This document shows positions 1-15,027 of a stretch of DNA of 64,000 nt, one piece after another. The first letter of the stretch is position 1; each line of letters opens with the position of its first letter. Origin of the DNA: Octopus vulgaris (taxonomy: Eukaryota); NCBI GenBank assembly GCA_951406725.2, contig OX597815.1:116684001-116748000 (forward strand), given 5' to 3'. The notes beneath the pieces are model-generated. The model saw only the letters and a list, made by a program, of their open reading frames with translations, ran no database searches and was not told where the DNA came from. A program made the translations under genes and the position numbers.

Positions 1-304
1 AAATTTATTTTTGGTTTATTATTGCTTACATTTTGAATTACATTAATATGGGAGCACCAAAGTCTTTTAAGTTCTTAGGGCCTCTATGAGTCTTAATCTG
101 GCCCTGGGTAGATGATATGTACTCAGAACAGAGGGCGTGGTTCTATGGTTAAGAAGCTTACTTCTTCACAAGCATGTCATATTGGCTTTGCTGCCACTGC
201 TTGGTACTCTGAGCAAATGTCTCGACTATAGCATTGAGCTGATTAATGCTTTGTGGGTGGTATTAGTAGACAGAAGTGGCACATAATCCCAGGATATATC
301 TTTC

Positions 305-526
305 ATCTTTTACTTGTTTCAGTCATTAGACTGCAACCATACTAGGGCACCACCTTGAAGAATTTTTAGTCAAATGCATCGATCCCAATATTTATTTTTT
401 TAAAACCTGGTACTTATTCTATCAGTTTCTTCTGCTAATCTGCTAAGTTACTGGGAAATAGGAACACCAGCGCTGGTTGTCAAGCAGTGGTGAGAGTACA
501 AGCACAGACACAAAGACACACACACG

Positions 527-584
<58 letters not shown>

Positions 585-757
585 CATATATACAATGGGC
601 TTCTTTTAATTTTTGTCTGTCAAATCCACTCATAAGGCTTTGCTCTGCCCGAGGCTATAGTTGAAGAGACTTGCCCAAATTGCCATATAGTGGGACTAAA
701 CTCTGAACCATGTGGTTAGGAAGCAAGCTTCTTACCACACAGCCATGTCTGCACCTA
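305..757 (-). mobile_element. tRNA-derived SINE, family A (octopus-type)
   Basis: Same head (tggctgtgtggtaagaagcttgcttcctaaccacatggttc), internal (TA)n/(TG)n and ...gactgaaacaagtaaaaga tail as many other copies in the window. Confidence 0.8.
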
Positions 758-1369
758 TATATATATATCATCATCATCATCATTTAAATGTTCATGTTCT
801 ATACTAGCATGGGTTGGATGGTTTGATCTAAGGACTCATTATGTTCCATTGTCTCTTTTGTCATGGTACTACAGCTTGATGCCTTTCCTAATGTCAACCA
901 CTATTTAGTTTGTAGCAGGTGCTTTTTCTCCATGTCAGCAACACTAGGAAGTTGCATGCAACTTGAAAGACTATGAAACCCAAGTGAGCTGGCTTTATGC
1001 TAGGAGATGATGAGTATGCAAGAAGGGGCTAGAGCAGGACATATTTCCAGCCGAAGAGGAGCTACATGACAATGCTCACATTTAGAGGATATGAGGAAAG
1101 TAATTGTGTGGAGCTGGAAAGAGATAAAAATAGCAGTGATGAGGTGTTTGAGAGGACTTAAAGTAAGACTAGAGTTTTAGTAAGTCAGAATAAAGATAAG
1201 GCTCAGCTACCATTAGGGAAATTTTGTGTTCAATATGCAAAAGAGCAGACAGAAACTCTATTCAGAGCAAACTATAGAAGCACATAAGGTGTAGTGGGAT
1301 CATAGGGAGGCTGACAGAGAAGGTAGACTTCACATGCTGCTGATGGTTAAGAGCACTAGAGATTACAAA

Positions 1370-1750
1370 TATATGCAAAATAAACTGTTGCAAAGACTTG
1401 GAAAGTTGGTGACAACTTTTGTTACCTAAGTGATCTAATTAACAGTGGAGGTGGATGCAGTGAAGTCATAGTAGCCAGTATAAGAATGGAGTGGAAAAAA
1501 TTCAAGAAGCTATTATCTTTGATGGTAAGAAAGGATTTCTGTCTCAAAGTACAAGGTATGCAGTACAATGCATGTATATGAACAGTGATGTTGCAGGTAG
1601 TGAGGTGTGAACCTTGAATCTAAAAGATCAACAATAACTAGAAAGAAATTATCAAATATGCTTCACTAGATGTGTAATGTAAGCGTGCACAAATGCTAGA
1701 GCACAAAGGAATTGCAAGAAAAGTTGAAGATAAAAGAACTTGTAAGTAAA
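1370..1750 (+). pseudogene. Degenerate RTE-clade LINE RT C-terminal fragment
   Basis: Reads GDNFCYLSDLINSGGGCSEVIVASIRMEWKKFKKLL, a typical RTE post-RT motif (F.YLG...GG...RI..AW.KF); stops and frameshifts. Confidence 0.6.
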
Positions 1751-2619
1751 TGGGCAGCAAAGAAGAATGTTCATCATCTGTTTTACTTTTTTCATGCTTT
1801 CATAGGTTGTATAGATATAGTATGTATTGGCACATGTATGACCTAACTGATCTTGTGTTGTTGGTTCATGAAACATTTTTATGAAGATGGTGTATTAACC
1901 CAATATTCAAAATATAACCTTTATTAATAGGAGACTGCAAGCAGCTGAGCACTCCACAGACACATGTGCCCCTAACTTAGTTCTCAAAGCGATTCCTCCT
2001 GACACAGAATGTGACAAGGCTGGCCCTTTGAAATACAGGTTGAGTGGACTAGAGCAATGTGAAGTAGTGTCTTGCTCAAGGACGCTACACTCTGCCAGAA
2101 ATTGAACACATGAACTTACGATCATGAGCCAAATACCATAACTACTTAGGCATGTGCCTTCACAAAAAGAGACCTATACTTTGTTAAAGAGTGGCACTGA
2201 GAGAGCCAATTTCACAATATTGCTACTGCTTATACTAGTGTAGTTAGTATAACACTCTAGCATATCTACAGATAAGCTAGCAGAGGAGCTTCTTAGTGGT
2301 AGAAATAGCAACCAAATTCCCCTCAAATTGCAACCTACCACCATAGAAAAGGGTACTAGAAAAATGTAAAAAAAAAAAAAAAAAATAGTTGGGACAGTCA
2401 TCATTGGTAGGTCTTTACTCATAGTGAAAAAAAAAATCAAGATGACATAGGACAACAAAACCAAGATCCAACAACAGTACTTAATTTCAGAAAAGTGGAC
2501 TGAGAGTTTAGTACTTGGTGAGGGACACAATACTTCTAATGACTAATCCACTAAATAACCTACACCATATTGATCTGATGATGTAAATATCTCATATACA
2601 TTCATTCAAACTTAAATTT

Positions 2620-3200
2620 TTATTTTATGTTCCTCACTTTTATATTCTTCAGTTTCCTGAAAGTATAGCACATATAATACAGGAAATTCAACATTAAGAT
2701 GTCATTTTCCTCTCACATACATAAATATACACGCATGCACACACACACATATACACACAAACATACACCTTATGTATGTGTATATCTATGTGTGTATGTA
2801 TGTATATGAGTGTGCATATGTGTCTCTATCTATATCTCTGTCTGTCTATCTATCTCTATACCCCCCCCCACACACACACACAAACACATACTCATACAGT
2901 CAAAATTATATGTATGCGTCACTTCCGAATTTCTTTCTCTTTCTTTCATCTGTTTTTTAATTCCATCTATGGTCCTCACTTTTATATTCTTCAGTTTCCT
3001 GAAAATATAGCACATATAATACAGGAAATTCAACATTAAGATGTCATTTTCCTCTCACATACATAAATATACATGCATGCACACACACACACATATGCAC
3101 ACATACACACACCTTATAAATGTGTATATGTATGTGTGTGTATATATGTGTTTATATATGTGTGTATGTATGTATATGAGTGTGCATATGTGTCTCTATC
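2620..3200. repeat. Local tandem duplication (~340 bp offset)
   Basis: tcctcacttttatattcttcagtttcctgaaa...gtgtgcatatgtgtctctatctata occurs at ~2630-2835 and again at ~2970-3205. Confidence 0.85.
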
Positions 3201-3256
3201 TATACATATATGTGTCTATATATATATATATATATTTATATATACATACATATATA

Positions 3257-3310
<54 letters not shown>

Positions 3311-3322
3311 CATACATATATA

Positions 3323-3417
<95 letters not shown>
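3200..3417. repeat. (TA)n/(TG)n microsatellite (representative; others at 4358-4521, 37430-37716, 53925-54056, 54830-54927)
   Basis: Direct reading. Confidence 0.95.
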
Positions 3418-4868
<1,451 letters not shown>

Positions 4869-4972
4869 AGCTAAAAAGCTAGTTCTAAGAGATAATTGCA
4901 GTAGTTGTACTAGCAAGTAATATATACACACACATACATATATACATACACATACATATATATATGTATGCA

Positions 4973-5007
<35 letters not shown>

Positions 5008-5366
5008 ATTCTTAAGCAAGGATATTATTGACAATGACACTCGAAGTTTCAGCCAAATCTGCAGTTTTCAGACAATGGCTTAGCTGGTCGAGACTTTAAA
5101 GACACTGTCAATAATATTCTTGTCCAAGAATAATACATTTGTAGTCTCAGATTAATGCAAAGTTGTTTTTATTTATAACTGAATTTAAAAACAAACATTA
5201 ATACATACTAAGCTTACAAAGAATAAGTCCTGGGTTCGATTTGCTCGACTAAAGGCGGTGCTCCAGCATGGCCGCAGTCAAATGGCTGAAACAAATAAAA
5301 GAATAAAATGATACATGTATACATGCATACATACATATATAAATTCATGTGCACACACACATATGC

Positions 5367-5405
<39 letters not shown>

Positions 5406-5409
<4 letters not shown>

Positions 5410-5977
5410 GTATATTTGCCACTTAAATGTGGCTAACCACTAAGGGTGGATGCTACTGTAGCTAGTAGCCCTAGGAGAACGTCTTCTCCAGCTGGCAATT
5501 GACACACTTTCTGTGCCCTATCAGTATTTGCAAAGGGAAGCCATCCTTCCCATCATCGACCTGACATGATACGCGTGGACCCGGGTTTCTGGGTTACTAT
5601 TTATACCTCACTCAGAGATTTATTATTGCTTGTTTACACTTTTTTGAGATCAGTGACTTTTTATCACTGGAAAAGGGATATCTGTATTTGCATTGGGACC
5701 CCTTCCCATCGAAGACCGGTGATTGTCGTGCACTGACGACAGGTAAATACCCAGAAACCCGGGTCCACGTGTATCACATCAGGTCGACAATGGGAAAGAT
5801 GGTATCCCTTTGCAAACACTGATAGGGCACAGACAGTGTGTCAATATCCAACTGGAGAAGATGTTCTCCTGAGGCTACAAGCTACAGTAGCATCCACCCT
5901 TAGTGGTTAGCCACATTTAAATAGCAAATATACTTCACATCGCCATGCAGCTACTGTTTATACCTTGTTTAGAGATT

Positions 5978-5985
<8 letters not shown>
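5406..5985. mobile_element. Non-coding fold-back element in (TA)n
   Basis: ~190 bp inverted arms (5406-5595 vs 5749-5937) plus a short direct repeat (tttatacct...agagatttatt at ~5600 and ~5957). Confidence 0.7.
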
Positions 5986-6029
<44 letters not shown>

Positions 6030-6467
6030 CAGTGTTGATGAAAAAATATTAGCAGGTAATCTACATAGTTTCTAATGTTACAGTTGAAGAAATATATATT
6101 ATATATATTCTCTATTAAAGAAAAAAAAACCTCTTGGCACATCGCACCTTTATTTCTTTTCCTACTTTAAAATGTATTCAGTAAAATAAACTACATTTAA
6201 TACCAAATAGTTAATTATTATTTAATAGTATGTAATTATTTCTTTCAGTTTGTTTAATTCAGTATAAATGAAATTCCAAATGATTAATTGTTATTTTCAT
6301 TTTCTTCTTGTAAGCATTTTTATTACAGTTGCAGAGTAGGATGTCTTCTATTTTGTTATAGTTGACATCTAAATGGCCCCCAATGTAATAACCTAAATTC
6401 ACTTAGTAGGTTCACATACACAGCCTAGATTTATATGTTAAGTCTGAATGACAAATATTTACATATA

Positions 6468-6533
<66 letters not shown>

Positions 6534-6875
6534 CTCACACATATATATATATATTTGTAAATATGTTCTACACACAGCTGATGAGAAGCCAAATGTTTTT
6601 GGAGTAGTATACGATTATCAAAAACATAAGTATTTTATGCGTATGTAAACATATTTTGTCCTGCTGTACAGATTGTTTTGGGTTAAATCATAAGTTAATG
6701 AGAACATTAATTAGGATGTAGACTATCATAACTCTGGCTACTTCATTGGTTGCGTTGTAAAATTATAATTAATATTGTTTCATATGCTGTTTGAAAAAAA
6801 AGTTCAATTAATGAACTTTACTGCATATAAATGCAATAATACAAAAGTTTTAAAGTTTTTTCAGTTTTGAAATTA

Positions 6876-6949
6876 TTTGAAAAACAAACATTATAAACGA
6901 GTTTGAAAAACAAGCATTATAAACGAGTTTGAAAAACAAACATTATAAG
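6876..6949. repeat. 26-bp minisatellite, ~2.8 copies
   Basis: Unit tttgaaaaacaaacattataaacgag. Confidence 0.9.
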
Positions 6950-7104
6950 CTTTCATTGGTGAGCCAAGACATCAGCCATAAGTAAACATCATCTGCTAAC
7001 ATCAACATGTTTCACTTATTGGTTTAGGTGCCTATGACACTACATGTTGATTGAGACAAACTTTTTGGTCCCTTCACTTTTGACCCTGCTGATCCACACA
7101 CACA

Positions 7105-7159
<55 letters not shown>

Positions 7160-8021
7160 CTATCTATCTATCTATCTATATGTATATATATATATATATA
7201 TGTCGATTTTCTTTCTCCGTCTTCACTTTGTTGAACTTTTTTCTGTATTTCTGATGAAGAGCTCCACTCGAAACATGAAATCCTGTTTCTTTTCTTTCCT
7301 TTCCTGAGCATCCAATAACACAGTACTTGTTTCACGTCCTCTCAATGTTTTTTCTTGCTTGTTCTTGTTTGGATTGACTATATATATATATATATCTGTT
7401 TCTGAATTTGTGTTGCAAGATTCCTGATGTGAAACTGTGTGTTGAAACAGATATTGTTGTATTTTGGGATGGTCATTTTCTTTATTTTGCCAAATAAACA
7501 CATGCACTATACATTCATTCGTTCTTCACTCGTTTATTAGTGTTCTTATTCTAACTCATGTCCACACATATGTAATTATATATGTATAATTGCTGCTAGG
7601 GTCACTGTATTTCATTATGCAATCATAATACACTATGTCCCATTAGTGTTAGCAGTGGTATTCAAACACTTTTTAAGCGCTGGCTCTTGTTTCTATAGAA
7701 TATCTATAAAGATAACTTTAAAAAGTGATACACACTCACACACACACATACACATATATGTATATATCCACACTTATTTATGTATGAGTACGGATGTGTG
7801 TATATGCATGAATATATGTATGTATATGTGTGTCTCTGTGCCTATATAGAAGTCAATTGCCCAAGATACTACAATATGGATAACTATTTAATTACACTAA
7901 CACATCATGTATGACTAAATATATAGAAGCTAACCAATATTAGAGAGATAGAAAGGGAGGGAGAGAGAGAGAGAAAGAGAGAGAGATAGAAAGAGAGAGA
8001 GAGAAAGAGAGAGAGAGAGAA

Positions 8022-8057
<36 letters not shown>

Positions 8058-9673
8058 TGAGAGTGAGAATAAAATGATGAGACGCAGGCATTTCATCTAC
8101 AGCCATCTCAACATACTTTTTCCTATGTATAGAGAATTTACACCTAAGTGATAGCCAGAGTGAGAGAGATCAGCACTAGCACCTGGCATTACAGCTGAGT
8201 AGACAGGAACAACATAAAATGTATTGCTCAAGGACACAACATGCTGGTTGGTCATGGAGCCAAACCCAATACCTTTTGCTCATGACCCAAGCACTTAAAC
8301 CATTTGGTCATGCACCTTCAATTAGTGATTACACTTTTTCTGTATCTTACTGCTAATGGAATACTTACAATATAAATACAATTCTTTATCTTGTTGATGA
8401 ATCTGTTATTCTTTACTGTTTCAAACTAGTTCTTGTAAAACAATAATATAGTATGGGTACTAGCATCGGGTAAGATAAGTGTTGTGGGAGGGCATGTATT
8501 TTTTTTTTATTATTATCACTGATTTATTATAAGGTGGTGTGCTGGGAGAATTGTTAGCATGTCAGACAAAATGATTAGTGGGATTTCATCTGTCTGGGTT
8601 CAAATCTCAGCATTGATGAAATAAGTACCTGTTGAGTACTGCAGTCAATGAAATCAATTAACCTCTCCCCAAATTTCAAGCTTTATACCTATAGTAGAAA
8701 AGATTATTACTTAAATCCTTAAAAATGTTTCAGCCCGAAAGTAGCGGCCATGCTGGGGCACCACCGTTGAATGTGCTACACTAGTATGTGAAACCACCTC
8801 TGATACATGGCACTTGGTTAACAAGGGAGTTCGATGCCACTGCTCGCATCTGTGTTTCCTGCCACGAGGTAGGTTCATTTGGAACCCCTGACAAGAAGAG
8901 ATCCAGTTTAGAGAAAAGATCTATTACTACTTAATGATTTTTTTTTCTTTTGATATTTTATGCCCAAGGCATCAGGTTGTAAACCCTTGCATATACGACG
9001 TCCCTATATAAAGCCTCATATCATTTTATGTTGGAAAACTCAATACATAATTTATTCATTAAGAAGTAAACAGTGTATCATTGCAAACAGTTCTTAGGAA
9101 GCAAACAACATTCCAACAGCAACTAACAAATACAGAACTAGCTACAGAAAATATATTATTTTTAGGCTACATTGACTAAAAGTTACAAAAATATGTTTAT
9201 AAAGTAGATAACTATATTATTCAAAGAAATTTTATCCAATCATATTTATTTAAGAAGCTAGCTTGTATTTATTCATATGTTTTCTCTAAAAGTTCCTCAA
9301 CAATTTATAGACAAAATGGATGGTATATTAGATGTAAAAATTCCATTCCCAAATATCACATTGACTGTAGTACTGTGTATGCATGCATAAAACACAAACA
9401 CATATAAAAATATATGTATATACATTTATAAACATTTGTATATGAATACACGTATACGTAAATGTGTGTGTGTATTTGTACCAACCATCATTATTGTTGT
9501 TGTTGTTGTTGCTATTAAGGTGGTGAGCTGGAAAAATCATTAGCACATTGGGCAAAATGCTTAGCAACTCCAATTTTGTCTTTCATTTTTCCAGGTTTGA
9601 TAAAATAAAGTACCAGTCAAGTACTGGGGATGATATAATCAACTCCCCTAAAATTGCTGACCTTGTGCCAGAA

Positions 9674-9733
<60 letters not shown>

Positions 9734-9736
<3 letters not shown>

Positions 9737-10082
9737 AGATGTTGGACAGTATCCCATATTGTGATGTCGTTGATTGAAGTTATTGTGTCTGCCAGGGGTT
9801 TGTACTGTCTGTCAAGTCACAACAAAGACCTCAGGCAGACAGTACTTTATGCAATATGTATGCAGTTCCAAGTAATGCCGATTTTTGCAATACAAAAGTT
9901 TCCAGATGGTTCTTCAGGTTGGGTGGTATTGAATCCAATGCTTTAATGACAACAGCGATAGCCTTTATGTTTGACTCTCATAGCTGCCACATCTTGGTGA
10001 TCTCAATTCTCAAGTCTTTATATTTATCAATCTCTTCTCCTTTTTTCCTAATATGTTGATCTGGCACTGCCATGTCGATTAG
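9734..10082 (-). pseudogene. R4/Dong-like non-LTR retrotransposon 3' end
   Basis: Minus strand reads IDMAVPDQH...IDKYKDLRIEITKMWQL...and LQKSALLGTA..L.KVLS; ends in (TAA)n; same family as 51218-52020. Confidence 0.75.
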
Positions 10083-10294
10083 GCTGGAAGAATTGTTAGA
10101 ACACCAGGCAAAATGTTTAGTGGTATTTCGCCCATTGCTACATTCTGATTTCAAATTCTGCCAAGGTCTACTTTGCCTTTCATCCTTTCAGGGTCAATGA
10201 AATAAGTATCAGTTGAGTACTGGGGTCAATGTAATCGACTATACCCCACCTCTAAAAATTTAGGCCTTGTGTTTATAACAGAAAGGATTAATAC

Positions 10295-10352
<58 letters not shown>

Positions 10353-10519
10353 ATCACATGCCAGAAATGGAAAAGCAAATCCTGCAGCCATCAGAAATGA
10401 CTGAATGGAATTGTATGGCCTTTTTGCTATTGGAGGCCTAATGGTGTCACATCCTTTTTTAGAGACTAAGAGATGTAAAAACCAAAAACAAATTTCATAG
10501 ATGTAAACACACAAATCAA

Positions 10520-11370
10520 ACCCAAAAGGCTAACTTAATTAGTTTATCAGAGTGATGACATTTGGATTGGTCCCTTTTAGGTGGTGGCCAAAATGTCCTC
10601 CCTGCAAAGAGGACATCTTGGTTGATTTCCTGGAAGTGACATCAAACCTAGACACTGATATCTATAAACCTTTCCTGAAAACAACTAAGAGGCTGACATG
10701 TTAATACAACTTCCTGCCATATAACTATAGCCTTCAAAAGGGGGTTAGCAGAAGAATCTCCAACCTATCTTTAAATATGATCTTCAAGGCCACAATCCCA
10801 TACTACTACAAGGCCCTGACTGCTAGTGGTTTCAGTTGTATGACTGATGAACCTCATCAAGAGAAAATTATAGCACAAAGTCATATGGCTTAAACCACCA
10901 TTTCCCCTTAATGTAACAATCTGTGTATGTAGTATCTTCTTTAGTTTAGTTCATAGGCATTTCCCCCAGGTGCATAGATACAGAAAAATATTTTTAATGG
11001 GCTGACTTTATTGGTCTCTTTTAACTGTGCTCCTAGCATAAAAATATATTAGTAAATAGATCCAAACCTAGCACAGGCTACTTATACAGAGATAGTATCA
11101 CATAATCACTGAAAAGGCAAGGCAATACAGAAACTGTCATGTATCATAAGGCAGATGTAGTATTGAAGAATCCCAGTATAGTAACAAATGCACAGAAATA
11201 CATGGATGAGACAGAAGGCCCCTTTAGAACCAGGCTCAACAACTGTAAGCCCTCATTTAATATCCAAGAGATGTAATGGTGCAACTCTAGCTAGACATGA
11301 ATGGACACTGATAGAAAACACCACACATTACAACATCAAGTGAAGGATACTGGGAAAGTGCAATTTTTGG
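10520..11370 (+). pseudogene. Old Penelope-like element fragment (RT C-terminus to GIY-YIG)
   Basis: Broken motifs VDFLEVT, YKPF, RRISNLS, PPF..NV, ETEGPF.TRLN, and N.KW.ILGKC across several frames. Confidence 0.55.
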
Positions 11371-13545
11371 CATTGCTTTAATGTCCATTTTTCCATGCAT
11401 GAGTCAGATAGAATTCATTGAAGCAGATTTTTCTATGGATGTATGCTCTTCCTATAGCTAACCCTCACTTGTTTCCAAGCAAGGTAATATCTGGGTTACA
11501 TTCTCATTTTTTTTTTGAGCATATAATGTATTAGTATTATGTCACAAACAGAATGTCTTGTTGCTTTGATGATCCTGTATTTGCATTGACTTCAGCTTTA
11601 ATAGAAAAGTAAACTTTATAGCAAGATGAATTTTCCATATACAGATTCATTATTTCTAATGCGATATAGTATAACATAGAATTAATTTCTCTGATAGACA
11701 ATAGAATTGGTGGACAAAGGTAAGGTTAAATTTGTATTTACAGCAGAGATAGCTAGAACTTCATTTTCCCATCTCCTGACATTGACTACAAACTGTAATC
11801 ACCTGTTGCTTTTCTGCTGAAGTTATTTATAAGAAGGATGTTTGTTTTCATATAAAATCTTACATAGATAAATCTAAAGACCAAAGTACCAGTACTCCTT
11901 GTTAGCAGCACAGTTTGCTATAATTGGTGTGTAAATACTGATAAGTGTGACACGAATTATCGCCAATGTGAATGTACAGAGACATCAAATCACAGAGAAG
12001 TCATCTCTGTCAGCTGTTTAACCTATTTAGGTGAGTAGCTTCCTTTCACTTCCACTGTTTATATATCTGTACATCTCATCAAGGAAGCTCCATAAAGAGG
12101 TTGTCTAGAAGTTGAGCAAGTACAGTTGTCTGGCTTGACATTGAAAACTGATTCCATTTAAAGTTACCATCTTCTGTTTGGGATAATTTGGTTGCACTTT
12201 TCTATAAAGTTATGTCACAACATCTGATTATAGGTTCAGTGTGAATGTACAAACTTTGCTTATAGCCAAATAGGAATGGAAATGTAATGTAATCATCAAG
12301 AGGATTCTTTGTGCTTGACAGGACACAGTACATGCAAATGCTTTCATCCTGATGTCATGGTCATCATCTTTATGCATGCCTAAGTAGGAAGCTCATACCA
12401 AAGACTGTTATATTTCTTTTAATACCTTTGAAAGCTTTTATGAAGTTGGATATCTTTCAAAGGATGCAATTTCTTGCCTTTAATATTTTACCAATATACT
12501 GTGCTTGTTTATAGTAATAAATAAGATTAGTCCACTGTATAATCCCTTCTAAAACAACTGTTGATATATGACAGGCCACCTATGTTCTATACATATATGT
12601 GTGTACATATGTATATAGATATCTGGCACAGTTACAATGTCATGAAGCTGATATCTAGTAATCTTTTGGCAAAATTGTTAGCACATCAGACAAATATTTA
12701 GTGGTATTGCTCCTAGCTCTTCATGTTCTGAGTTCAAATTCTAACTAGGTGGATTTTGCCTTTGAGGTTGATAAAATAAGTATCAGTTGGTCACTGGAAC
12801 CAAAGTAATCAACTAACTCCATCCCCATAAATTTCAGGCCTTGTGCCTATATTAGAAAGAATTATTGTAGAAGAAAAGGAGTAACAAAAATTTGTCATGA
12901 CTTGCTTGTTATAAACCCCCAGGTTAATGGAAAGAATAGAAGCCTGGCTTCTTTTCCATTAGATAATTAATCCTTTATAGGTTCAACTTCAGTCATAAAT
13001 GCTGGAAAGGAAATAAAGACAGGAAAAAGAAAAAATGAGAAATGAAAAATAAAATGCAAGCACAAGCGCATGCGCACACATGCACACCCAATATGTGCAG
13101 GCTTGGTGTTGTGGTTAAGAAGTTCTTTTCTGAAATAGGTTTCAGTTTCAGCATCAACCAAAGCCTTGTGTGTTGATTTGAGAGACAGAAACTGAAAGAA
13201 GTCTTCACACATACATGCATGCACGCACATGAATGCATGCATGCATGCACACACACACACACGCGTACACACGCACACACACACACATACACACACAAAA
13301 ACACACACAAATTTAAGCAGTGGTTATGGTGCCACATAAAAAGTGCCCAGTACACTCTGTAAAGTGGTTGGTATTAGGAAGGGCATCCAGCTGTAGCAAC
13401 CAAGCTAAAACAAAGGAACCTGGTGCAGCCCCTGGTCTTACCAGCTCATGTCAAACCGTCCAACTCACACCTGCATGGAAAACGGACATTGAACGATGAT
13501 GATGATATAAATAACCATCTATGTATCATACATAAAATAAATAAT

Positions 13546-14447
13546 ATATACACATTGTTGACAGGCTAGTTATTGTAGTATTTGTCCTGAGATTACATCT
13601 CTTCTAGACTTGCTCTGTTAAACAAAATATCAGAGAGAGATGAAAATTCATCCCAGCAGCAGCAGCCAGCAAGAGCGCCAAATGCATTTTGGCCCTTAGG
13701 GTCCTTTTCAAATGATATATATTCAGAAATACATTCTCAGATGGGAATTCATTGTCTTCGATATACGTAAAAGTGAATAAATCAGTCACTGATGTGAAGA
13801 GCTGCCCAACTGATTAAAAATATGGTATATGTAAATGAGGTAGTAATTAATTAAAATAACTTGTGCATCAAACTTAATGTATATACACTGTTGAGAGGCC
13901 AGTTACTGCAGTTTTGTTTTGAGATAACATCTCTTATGAACTTGCTTTGTTAAAAACACAATAAATAAAAATTTGTCCCAGAAGTGGCACAAAAATCCCC
14001 AAAATACAACAGGTACTCTTACTGGACATTGCTTGGACAAATTTTTATTTCTCTTAATTGGGAGATGTGACAATTTGCTGTACTTGAAAAGATGTGTCAA
14101 ACTAAGTAGAATTGCTGTCTTCCATACATACAGGATTGTCCTTCAGGTGCCTGTGCCATTTAAAAAGCTCTCATGCTAGTGTTGCGTTAACACACCTGTG
14201 CCAGTGCTATGTAAGCACACCCAAGCCAGTGGTATGTAAAAAGCACTCAGTACACTTTGTTAAGTGGTTGGCATTAGGAAGGGCATCCAATCAAGTCAGC
14301 TCCATCTCAAACTGTCCAAACCATGGAAAGTAGATACTGAATGAGGATGATTTATTATGTATTTAACACAGCAAATCCATAATACATATTGTCTCAGGAC
14401 AAATACTGCAGTAACTGGCCTATCAACAGTGTATATATATTAAGTAT
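13546..14447. mobile_element. Element with tandem plus inverted terminal segments (pLTR-like)
   Basis: tatatacac..tgttga.aggc.agtta.tg.agt.ttgt..tgagat occurs direct at ~13546 and ~13880 and inverted at ~14389-14447. Confidence 0.55.
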
Positions 14448-14455
14448 GTTATATA

Positions 14456-14680
14456 TTCTTTTATTTGTTTCAGTCATTTGACTGCGGTCATGCTGGAGCA
14501 CCACTTTTAGTCGAACAAATCGACCACAGGACTTATTCTTTGTAAGCCTAGTACTTATTCTATTGGTCTCTTTTGCTGAACTGCTAAGTTACGGGGATGT
14601 GAACACACAAATATTGGGTGTCAAGCAATGGTGGTGGTTGGGACAAACAGACACACAAACACACACACATATATATGTAA

Positions 14681-14714
<34 letters not shown>

Positions 14715-14875
14715 CAGGTTCTTTCAGTTTCTGTCTACCAAATCCACTCACAAGGCTTTCGTTGGCCCAAGGCTATAGTAGAAGAGACTTGCCCAAGGCA
14801 CCATGCAGTGGGACTGACCCCAGAGACATGTGGTTGTTAAGCAAGCTACTTACCACACAGCTACTCCTGTGCCTA
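14456..14875 (-). mobile_element. SINE family A
   Basis: Full-length match to other family A copies. Confidence 0.85.
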
Positions 14876-15027
14876 TATAAATGGCTATTTTAATTAAATA
14901 CTGCCTCTGTTGTTTATAATAAATATGTGAATGTGTGTATGTTTGTGTCTCCATGTCTTTACATCACATTATTGTTGTAAATGATAGTCACAGTTATACA
15001 ATCAGTGTCATTCGTTTAAGGGAAATA

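Noticed and set aside
11715-12040. Strong donor-like motifs (AG|gtaagg, AG|gtgagt)
   Set aside because: No upstream open frame resembling the hemicentin VWA domain; such motifs are expected by chance.
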